Source: Gnetum montanum
Lineage: Eukaryota > Plantae > Gnetophyta
Direction of reading: 5' to 3'
Length of the DNA stretch: 64,000 nucleotides
NCBI GenBank assembly: GCA_015680685.1
Contig: MNCI01000751.1
Location: forward strand, 62,001 to 126,000
Shown here one piece after another: positions 13,401 to 25,400 of the stretch (positions within the stretch are counted from its first letter, which is position 1; each line of letters begins with the position of its first letter). The translations under genes were made by a program, and so were the position numbers. The notes under the pieces are model-generated. The model worked only from the letters and a program-made list of their open reading frames with translations, did not search any database and had not been told where the DNA came from.

Positions 13401-16400
13401 AAGCATCGGTGTCACAATCTAACCTGACATTGGCACTCCCAAGACCCTTGCCAATGCCTCTTCCATGAGGTTAATCGTGACCCTATGGAAAAAAGTAGAA
13501 TTCCCCTGCCAATTAGCGAAGAACTAATATTACTATGAGATAAATGTAGCATGGATCCATGGTTTATTTTGGCAATTACTTACATTTTTTTATTTATTAA
13601 ATATTTAATTAATTAAAATACAGCAAAAACTCAAAGTTGTCAGATCATGCTCAAATTTGGTAGACTAACTCAATTTTACATCTACAGCATAGATCTATAA
13701 TTTATTTCTTGATTGAAGTCCTAGATTTTAAGATTTTAATGTTAAACAATTAAAAAAGTATCTTGTGAAACTATATTTTTTTAATTTGATTAAAACATTA
13801 ATTTCTAGCATGGTAGCTATGGCATGTTTGTGCTTGTTATGATCCACTAGATATGTGTAAAATGTTGGATATACAAAAAATTTAGTATCAATGGATTTTA
13901 CTAGATAAATTATAGTGAAAAAATCAAAAAGAAGCCAAAAATAATTAGAAATCCTCATAACTTATAAAGTAAAAAGTGACTTAAAACAAGCCAAACAGGT
14001 GGGGCAACAAGAAAAGTCAATGTGGGATGGTGATGTATGCTTTGTGACATAATTATGATGACATTTTTTTTTCTAATATGCTAATTGTCCACTTCATATT
14101 AATGACTAGAAAAGGGACAAAAGACTCATTTAATAGGAGACATGTCACACTCAAGTGTTATCACTCTCACATGTCCACTCCTTCATGATAACTTGCTTGT
14201 CCAAGTTAAGTAGTAATGATACCATGAATTTTTTATAAAAAATAAAATAAAATTGAAGAATGGGTTGTCTAGTCTTTTCCCATTGTTGAAACTTTTGTGC
14301 ACAAGTCTTTGTTCAAGCCTTAGGGTCTCCTCCATCCTATAAATAGAGGGGGCTTTGCTCTCATTTTCACCTTTTGCCAAGAGATGGGAGACTATGCTAG
14401 TTTGACATGTAAGGAGTAGAAGAGAGGGAAAGAGAGGAGATTGTGTGAGGCTGCTCTTACCTTGTCTTTTGGGCTGAGCATGGGGTTTTCTTGGTGATCT
14501 TTGTGAGCTTTTGTGAAGCCATAACAGGCTGACTTTGCTGCTGCTATTGGAAGCTTTTGGAACTGATTTTTTAGGACTGTTTTCTCTGGTTTTGTAAGAG
14601 AGTTTTGGCTGCACCTTGGCCTTTCAATTTGAAGCTGATTCTTGAGGCAACCAAGTGGACAAAAACCTAAGCTTTAAGTGTCTTGTCCCTCCCCAAATTG
14701 GCTCGGATGTTTTTGTTGTATTGGCTTGGATGAGTGAGGATTATTTCATAAGGGGATGTAGGATTTCTTGTGAGCTATGAATCGTGCATAGAGCCTTTCA
14801 TAAGTCATGGATATGAATTTTGGAATGTGTTCTATCCAAGACTAGTGATGTCTCCTCCCCACCCCAAATCATTCTATCTAAGGCTAGTAATCACTTGTGT
14901 ATACTACAAGGGCTTAGTTCTTAGAGGTACTTGATGGTGTTAGCCCACAGCATTTTATCCAACCTCAGTGCCCTTCTTGTGTGGGCTACAAGATATTGTA
15001 GGGTTAAAGGGGCTTGATGTGTTACAGCTGGATTGCCAAACAGTCCATTGAGTACTCATTTAAAAATAAAATAAAAAGCAGCTATGCATATTGATGATTT
15101 TTTTTTGTGTGTCTTTTCCATAATGGATACTTGGATAGTGAAGTACACATGTCTGCTTTAATGAGCATTGTTGTGATCAGTTCGTGACAGGTTTTCAAGA
15201 GAGTTGTCATGTCTCAATTCATTGTTCCATGGTCCTTTGTTCAAACCTACCTTGCTTTCAATGTGAAAAACTTAAGAGGCTGGAAAATTTTAATTATAAA
15301 GATTTCAAAAGTTTAGGACCATGTTAATCCATCATGGTGTCCAAGCTTGGTACATTTCAGTTTTTCCTTATCTTTCCTTTTAATTTGGCAATTGAGCTCA
15401 TATACTTTACCTATCTTATTTTGTTGAAATTAGAATTTTAGTTCTTTGATTATAACTATCCCTACTAGAGCCTGGTACTTTTATTTTATGCTTGTCATCC
15501 ACTCTTTACTGTTTCTGTTTCTATTTAATTAATATATATATATTAATTAAATATATATATATATATAAAGAAGGGGAAGCCTGTGACTGTTCTCTGTTCA
15601 AGACAATACATGGGGGTTAATCAGAGACTAATTCTCTGATAAGTTGCACTGTTTATTTATTTTGAATATACCCTGCCTTAGATGTGGAAATGAACACCAC
15701 TATCCAACTTTACCCGTACATGTGCTTACTTCGACTTAATATCATGAGCCATTGGACCCAAAGGGGTTCAGCTGCACAACAACTAAAAGTTTTCAATAAT
15801 GCAAGCACCATTTGTGTGTACCACCTCACATATGATCCTTAGCCACCTATCTTGGGGGTATATCGAGGTGTAGTCTAAAAATGATCATTGAGCCAAGCCT
15901 TGTTTGTGTAGCATAAAAATTGAACATGACCCAACTCATGGCCAAATGGTGACCGGATTCTTTGAGCTGAATGGCCTTCAATGTGGGAATGCAACACCAC
16001 ATTACATGGGCAAAGTTGTTAAAATCTGTCTTTTTGATCCTCAACCATTACTTAAATCTTATAGATTAAATGGTTTTTTTTTTTTTTTTGACAAAAACAT
16101 AGTGAAGGATTAGGATTACAGCCAACCACATCTGTTGGTGTTGCTTGTAAAACAAAACATGGAACAAGTAAGCTACACAAATGTTTGGTGCTTTCTAGCT
16201 TCCTAAATTGGAAGTATTAGCCATCACACTTGGCTATACTAGTCTTTGAGGTATATTAGTACTACTAAAGATAAACAATATACAACCAATGCATCAATCC
16301 TTAAGATTATAAGAAGCAGTAGGTCTCATCTCACTGACAATTTATTATGACCAATAGAGGCCAAAGGCACATAGGCCCTGTAATCAACCCTCCATTATAA

Positions 16401-19400
16401 GGAGTCATATCCTTACTAGTTGCTAGTGCAAGTCTTCCTTTTTCATTTTGTCTAAGACAATTAAAATTTCCCGTCCTTCAAAGTAGTAACCAGATATGCA
16501 GCCCAAACAAAATAACCAGCCCATCTATTTGAAGTCACCAATCAAAGGCACAACGGTTCAGCAAGAAACTTCCAAGATCATAGCATCTGTTTCACCAGCT
16601 GCATTCACTATACTATTAGAACTTGTAATTTGGCATGTTGATAATGAATGAAAATTTTATTGAATCACAAAATTATCCCAAGGTTTTTGTCTTGGGATTA
16701 ATATGCAATCATTTATTGCTTTCTTCGTCTCCTTTTTTCCCGAAACAAAGTGAGAAGTTTGTTCACACTACCATTAAAAGACAACTAGAAATGCAGAAGC
16801 ATGGTACAAACAATGTAAAGGATGGCATATATACCAAGGTACATTTGAATAACGGAACAATGAAAACTTTTTAGGAGCTATATAAACTACCAGTGATGCT
16901 TCGAGGTTATTATATAGAAGAAATGTTCAAAATAAATGAATATGAACACGTTTGTTGTACTCGAGATTTATTGCTACTAATATATTTGTAAAAAACTAAT
17001 TTGTATGACAGATCCTTTAGGTCTATACAGATGGAATTAAGGTACAGTTTCAAATTCAGAAAATGATAACAAAGAAACAAAGAATTAGATGAAATTTTAA
17101 ACCATTCAATCCATGAAACAGCATGCTCGATTAATAAACATGACTATAACAGGATGACATAATGAACCTACATAAGTAAATACTCAAAACAGGTTTTTGG
17201 AAAGAAGATAAATATAAGAAATAATAAAATGTTTCATTTAATAAAGGATATATATACCTCAGCTTCGATTTCGTCATACAGAAACCGTTGCTTAAGAACA
17301 TGAAGGGCAACCTGAGCAGAATCATTGTATATATCAAAAGGCATTAAGATGCTCTCCAACAGTCCAGCATCTTGAGATTCTATTACATGGTCCACAAGCA
17401 TCCATGGTAAGGAGCATTCAATAGGGAACTGCCATTTAAACAGATGAATTCATTTATGATACATATTTTACATTTCAACTATTTTATTTCACATTTGAAT
17501 TATTCAAAAAAAGAGAAATAAACAACTTTCTTAAAAATCCTGCTGTGAGAGATGTTAGATAAATAAAACATATCTAGACAAAAATATATGAAAACGACAT
17601 CTAAAAAGAGAATTATGAAGAAAAGTTCTACAGGTAAACAAAAACAGATGAAAGCATCCATAAGAATAAAACCAACGATAACTAAAAGGAAACAATCAAA
17701 TGAGAAGATTGTAGTAATAATGAATTAACAAAACCATCTGGATTGCATGCAAACAGAACAGTCTGTGACCGAAAATTGTATAGACAAAGCCACACTGTGA
17801 TAACAATGATAAAAAGTGTTCATAGTGTATTCACATAAACATGTTAAGACCAAACATTCTACTTTTTAAAAAAAATTAAAAAATAGTTTTATTTAAAATA
17901 TAAATTTTGGATTACCTTTTTTCTTGAGCGCCAATGTGGATCCACGTCTCAGGTATTCCATGGAGCTATGGACAGCTAATTCCTGAAAACCCTTGCTGGT
18001 TTTTCAGGGAGTTCATAACATTTGATAAGTTTACCAATTTGATGGAGCGAATGGGGTTTGCTCATTTCTGTGTCAAGAGGTCGTTGTCATCTGAGGACCT
18101 TGTTCAGGAGGTCATTTTGGACCTCCCATTTGAGGATGAGAAGGTGCTTGTGGAATATGACAATATCCACATAGATAAGCCTCACGATGACCAGCCAACG
18201 GTTGGGTCACATTGCACTATTTGTGGGAAAGCCAACCATCAGGCAATTGTATGTCGAGTTAGAACCAAGGTGCCTATGTGGTGCAAGGGTGTTGCACCTT
18301 AATAGATCCCAATAGGATCCAATCCACAACTTCCAAGCAGATCTAGCTTAGAAAATAAGAATAACACAATAAAATGGAAAAATCTCCCTTACATTAAGAT
18401 AATTCTCAAAATACATAGAAAATACATCAAAGATGAGGAGACAAGCTCAACTCACAACTCTCCCAAGGATCTCAGAGGCCACACTTGTCCTCTCTTAATC
18501 CTCAATTGCTCACAACAGAACCAAAGCTCAAAACAAGACACTTATAAGAGATTCTCCTAACGTCTCTCAAGTGCTCTCCCTTGCCTTTCACTCAACTTAC
18601 TTACACAAGCTCTCTTCGCTCAAGAGCTCTCTCTCTTGCCCTTTGTTGGGATGTTTGGCCTTCAGTGTTTGCACTTTGGGCCTTGGCACTGCAGCACTTG
18701 GCACTGCAACCCTTTCAATAGTGAATTACATCAATATTTATATGCAACCAAAAGGTAAAAACTCTCGAAACCTTTCCTCAAGTCAACTTGATGTTCTTTA
18801 GATGTTTTCCAAGTCTTCTCACCTTCTCCCCAACTACTTACATCTTGCTTTAGTTGTTTCCTAAATTGGAACAACGTTTTCAAAAGTTTCCCCATGCGTC
18901 TAGGTCATCTCTAGCTTTGTTGGGACATCTACTATGAAAGCCTTGCTTTTGGGAGAGATGTCTACTATTTTTGATAGACATCTTCTATGGACTAGAGACA
19001 TCTACACTTTAGGGAAGACATCTCAAAAAAGACATCTATCTTTTTGGGAAGACGTCTATCTTGAAGGTGCCAAAAATAAAATGTTTGTTTTGATGCCAGG
19101 AGCCTCTGAATAACTCCCAACAAGTCCCCATAGACCTTGGAACCTCATAAACTCATCAAAATAAGCCAAAAACACCTCCAAACATGCCAAAACATCCAAG
19201 AATCATCCTCAACAAAATCATCACAAAAAGACACATGGTATGTAGGGTAGAGCAAAGGAATCGAAAGAGGTGTCCCTACACTATTGTGTTATAATCAGAA
19301 GTGATATTTTTTATAAAACAATTAGCAAATCAGCTCTGAAAATATAATAGAGAAGCTCTGAAAAAATTATTAGAACGTTGTAGATCTGAATAAAACGTTA

Positions 19401-22400
19401 AAAGCAGAAAATATCATGTTGTAGCAGATCAAATAGACGTTGTAAATCACTGAAAAAACCACAGTAAACTCCAGCAAATGTTTGCTCTAAAAGCATAATA
19501 AAAACAAAGAAAGAAAATAGCCCAAAAACACAAAGATTTACGTGGTTTGGGCCCCTTTTACCCTACCTTCACAACAATGCTGATCTACCTTTTATTCTAC
19601 TCAAATCTTAAGGACACAAGCCATCCTTATAGCTTTCCCAAGCACCTAATCTATTACTCCAACAAATCTCAAATCTCAGACTCTCGTCTCCAAGGTAAAA
19701 CCTCAATACAACGCTTCCGCATCAAAAAAACAAAAACACACCTTGTTAAAGGCTACCCCAAACCTTCTATTTATAAGGAAACATTAGGACCAAATCCCAA
19801 TCCTAACACATGTGGGATAACACACATCCCCATATAAACACGACTTTACAAATTGACGCCTTTTTCTTCCATATCATTATTTAAAATGCAACATCCTTTT
19901 AAAAACATAAAAGAAAATACAGCAAATAATACTAATGTATTTACCTTCATTTTTCCAACAAACTCCCCCTTGAAGACAAATCCAACTAGCCTTCAAGAGA
20001 TGTGCACTTTTAATTAAGCTTCAGCTATCCCAAGCTTCTTCCTACAAAAAATGTGTTTTTCAGCTATCATTGGTTTTGTTAAAGCATCAGCAACATTAAG
20101 CTTTGTATGGACCTTCTAAACATACACCAAGCCATCCTCTATGATTTCTCTTATGAAGTGGAACTAGATATCTATATGTTTCATCCTAGCATGAAAGGCA
20201 GAATTCTTTGCAAGATGGATTGCACTAAAACTGTCACAAAACATAGCATACCTTTGTTGTTTTAATCCAAGAGATTGCAAGAATCTCTTCATCCATACCA
20301 TCTCCTTGCATGCTTCTATGAGGGCTACATATTCTGATTCAGTTGTAGATAAAGTTACCAGTGGTTGTAGACATGACAACCAACTCATTGTTGCACCACC
20401 AAAAATAAATGTGTACCCTATACTAAATGTCGTGTATCATGATCAGCAGCAAAGTTTGCATCTACAAAACCTTCAATGTGCAAATTAGCATCTCCAAAAC
20501 ACAAGCAATGTGTTTTTGTGCCCTTTAAACATTTTAGAACCTTTCCAATGTAATCTTCTTGACTCAGCCACAACTTCTTCCTTTTTCTATCTTTATAAAT
20601 ATTCATTCCAAGAATTTTCTATGCATGTCCCAAATCCTTCATAGCAAATTCTTTGCCCATTTCCAGTTTTCGATGTTTTATTTCTGCCATGTCATTTCCA
20701 GCAATTAAACATACCATCAACATACAACAACAACACTATAAACTTACCCAAAACATCTCCAGAAAAATACGCACAGTGGTCCAGATTGTTTCTCTGATAA
20801 TTTAGCTTCTTCATAAAGGTATCAAACCTTTTATACCACTACCTAGGGGCTTGTTTCAGACCATATAAGCTCTTTTTCAGTCTGCAAACCAGACCTGAAC
20901 CTTGTTGTTTTTCATACCCTTCTGGTTGTTTCATATATAGTTCCTCCAAATCTCCATGGAGGAATGTTGTTTTTATGTCAAGCTATTCCAATTCTAAGTC
21001 CATGAAGGCCACCAAAGATAGCACTAAATGTATAGCAGAGTGTTTTACCACCAGAGAAAAAAAAAGTCTATGCCTGGTTTCTATGCATAGCCTATCACCA
21101 CCAACCTGGCCTTGAAACGTTTTTCCCCATTGGCCTCTGTTTTAATTCTATATAGCCACCTACACTCCAAGGGTTTTCTCCCTTTGGGCAACTAAACCAA
21201 CTCCCACGTTTTGTTCTACTGAAGTTATTCCCATTCATCATTCATAGCTACCTTCCACTTTGTAGCATCAATACATGTCATGGCTTCTTCCATTGTTTTT
21301 GGTTCACCACTATCATTGTAAAGTACATAATTCAGCAAGGGAGAATACCTGTCAAGAGGTTTGGTAGCTCTTGTTGACCTTCTAATCCAATGAGACACAT
21401 CTGCAGCTTGTTGTTCATATCTTCTTCCTCATTTCCTTGTTGTCCTCCATTTTCTCCTTGCTGTCCTGAGTTCTTAGCTTGCTGCCATGTAATTTCAGCA
21501 TGCTGTCCAATGTTTCCAGATCTGGAAATTCCACGAATTTCATCATTTTCAACTTCTTCAGTCACCATAAAAGGAGTTCTCATGTTGTTTGAGCCATTGT
21601 TGTCCTTGGCTTTCGTCCGTAGCTCACTAAACATCACATTTTCTCTAAATTTAATGTGCCTTGATCTCACTACACGTTTCAATTCAGGATCCCAAAGTCT
21701 GAATCCTAAATCATCTTCTCCATATCCAACAAATATGCAATGTTTAGCCTTGTCCTACAACTTAGTTCTGTTCTCCTTTGGAATATGCATAAATAACTCA
21801 CATCCAAAAATTCTTAAATGACTATATGAAATGTCTTTACCTCTCCAAACAGCTTCTGGAACAACATTATCAATTGAAGAATGTGGAGACCTATTCAGCA
21901 AATATGCTGCAGTCTTAACTACCTCTTCCCAAAACATCCTAGGTAGGCCAACACCTAAAACCATTGTTCTAACATGATCCAACAATACTTTGTTGCATCT
22001 TTCAACAACTCCATTTTACTGTGGTGTACCAGGAGGGGTACGAATATGCCCAATTCCTTTGCTATTGCAAAAATCAGCAGATACTTTGGTAGTGTACTCT
22101 CCACGTTATTAGTTTGCAAACATTTTATTTTCAAACCTATGTCATTTTCTACTCTTGCAACAAATGTTTTGAAAACTTAAAACACCTCATCTTTTGATTT
22201 CAACATAGAAACCCAAACCTTTCTTGTACATTCATCTATGAAAGTTACAAAATAAACAGATCCATCAAGAGAAATGGGAGTCATATGACCACAAACATCA
22301 AAATAGACCAATTCTAAGTTATTTTTCTTTCTGCTATCTAGATCCCTACAGAAGTTTNCTAACGTTATCTATTGTCACCTTTGGCATCCTTGCTTGTTGT

Positions 22401-25400
22401 AGACTTATATTTCCAATTCCAAGAACTTTTAAAGTTTTTCCATTAGCAGCATATACAAAACTAAATTTAACTTCATGATAAGATGTAAAACAAGACTTAT
22501 CTGGACAAATGTGAAAGGAGACACCTAAGTCAATCAACCAGATGTCACTGCTACATCCATCTGCCACCATTGTACATAGTTCTTGAACCAAGAAACTAAC
22601 ATTTTTGTGAGCTGCATTTACCTCTGATGTTCCTTCTTCCAACTTCTTCTCCTTTCCTTTATCTTTCTATGCTTTTCATGCAAAGTAGTCCTTCTTCAAA
22701 TGACCTTTCTTCTTATAGAACCAACACTCTTAAGTTTGAGTTTTGCCATGTAATACACCTCTGTTCCTACTTCATCCCCTACTTGGAAAACGTCTCCTAC
22801 TTCTCCCTCTTTCCTCTGCTACATAAACATTTCCAAATCCAGAAGTTTCATCTACTCTTCCTCCTGAATCCTGAAGGGTAGACATGACATATTCAAATGT
22901 CATAGATGAAACACTCACAGAAGTAGTAATAGATGTCACAATTGTAGACCAAGAATTAAGTAAGAAGTCTAACAGAGCATAGGGTTTAACTAAATCCGGA
23001 ATAACAATTTTATATTCTTCCAACTTATTCAAATTTTCCATCAGCTCATCCAAATGATCTTAAAAAGATACATCAAATCTCTTCTTGCATCTAAAAACTT
23101 TCTGATAAATATGAAAAGTATACAAACCTAATACTTTATCAAACCTATTCTTCAACATTTGCTATAGATTATGTGGATCCATATCAAGTTTAATTGATGC
23201 CAAGATCTCATTGCTTAAGGTTGGATGAATGAAAGATAATGTCTTAGTTTTAATTTATCTCCAATCAGCATTTGACATTCTTGTTGGTTGAGAGGGCTCT
23301 AGGGCCTCCTAGCACTCTTTTTGTTCTAAAACGACCTTTATCAAAATACTCCAAACATTCCAATTCCTTCCTACCAATCTTTCTGTTGTTTGCGGCCTCT
23401 CCATCTCTTTAGATCTATCTCTAACACCAGTTGTTATAATTGAAAACGATAGTTTCAATAAGAGAATCAGCAGATCAAATCCGAAAATACACTAGAGAAG
23501 CTCTGGAGAAATTATTAGAACACTGTAGATTTGAATAAAATGTTAAAGGCAGAAAATATCACGCTGTAGCAGATCAAATAGATGTTGTAATACAACAAAT
23601 AATACTAATGTATTTGTCTTCATTTTTCCAACACATCGTGCCTCACAAGAAGGGTGGGGATGGGTGGATCATGATAGGGCAACGTGGGTATCTTGCACCA
23701 GAAACCATGCTTGTTGTTGCTCCTGTGGAGCCCAAATCTCCGAGGGGTGGATCTCACACTAATCTGGGTCAGGGCACTTCTCAGCTAGGGGATTAGTGTC
23801 TATTGTGCAGGGCTCTCCGATGCCAAAGATGGTAGAGGTTTCAAAGCCCACTGCGGAGGGTTCGAGGACATTTCCAATCTCGCCAAGATCCAAGAAGGTC
23901 AGTACGCCTCTAACATTGATGGCCCACTGAAATAGGATATCAGCCAACCTTGAAAGAGGTCTACAAGAAACAATCTATTGGTAGGCTATGAGAATCGTTT
24001 CATGGAACTGTAGGGGCAAGGGTAAGCCCTATAAAAGAAATACCTTGAAGGAAATTGTTGTGAGAGAAGACTATAACGTGGTGTATTTGTAGGAGACAAA
24101 ACTGTAGCATATAGAATCCCATTTCCTGCGATGGGATGGATGGCAGGCATAACTTGTCACCTATCAAGGCAAGGCACACGGATTGGTTGTCCTCTCATGG
24201 TTCCCTTTCAACGTTGTGGATTCGTCCACCTGGAGTATAACTGCTTTCATGATTTCTTCTGGAATCTGGCTCGCTAACTTCTATGGGGCACAACACTAGG
24301 AGGCACAGCCAAAGGAGCTTAGGAGGGTTTCATTGGTAGTGCTACATAGATAGCAATGGATCTTGGTTGGGGATTTCAACCAACGACTACATGCTTGGGA
24401 AAAGTCTAAGGGCAACAACATTGACCCACCTAGTGGTCAGGAGTTATTGACGTTCCTGGAGTCCCATGACCTCATGGACATAAAATCAAGGACTGCCTAT
24501 TCATGTGGAGTAATAGGCAACATGGGAAGGACCATGTGATGTCCAAGATTGACAGAGTCTGGATAAGTTCGACTATCCTAATGAACTTCAAGGTCTAGGT
24601 TTTAGGGAAGGAGCGACAAGCATCTGATCAATGTTCAGTGGTTTGCTAGGTGGGGAGAACTTAGCAACAAATTTCCTCACCTTTTCACTTTCAATATGAT
24701 GTTATAGTGGCAACAAGTTCATTGGGAAATTAATTGTTCTAGGATTGTCCTGATCCCTAAAACAGCCAATCCTACAAACCCACCTTAGTTTCGACCCATT
24801 GGAAAATGTAACACCTTGCTCTGCCTTTTCACTAAAATGTTGGTTTGTTGCCTAGCCCCCATGATGCCACACTTGGTGGGGGGACATTAGGCTAGTTTTA
24901 TCAAAGGTTGTTTTCTGTAGGTTCAAGTCATTTTGATGTAGGAGATTCTTAATTTTCTGTAGAATGCTAGTTTACTGGAGATGTGCCTCAAGTTGGACAT
25001 CACAAACGCCTACGATATGGTAAGTTGGGATGCCTTGCAAGAAATTATGATGCGTAAGCATATGGTTCCTTTTACACAAACTAGGCCATTGATTTCACCA
25101 CTTTCTAGGGTGCAATGCCTCTTTGTCACATTTGTTGGGGGTTCCAATAGCAAGGGAGGTCATACTTCCCACCAAGCGTAGTTTGCAAGATGCAGAGGGC
25201 TTCTTTTTGGGGCCAGTGCTTAAGACAAGGAGTTGGCAAGTGTTGAAGTCAGCTCTGCCATAGCTCTAGCAAGACACAACCAAGCTCATTGACTGATTTC
25301 TAGTCCAGTTGAGGAATGTGTGGAAGCTATAGGGTGTGCACTTCTCATTTCTAATGTACATGTAACTCAACCAAAGCGTTAACCTTCCTTGGATTTTTCT

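Noticed and set aside
15530-15567. (AT)n and ttaattaa palindromic tract
   Set aside because: Ordinary microsatellite within an LTR-like remnant.
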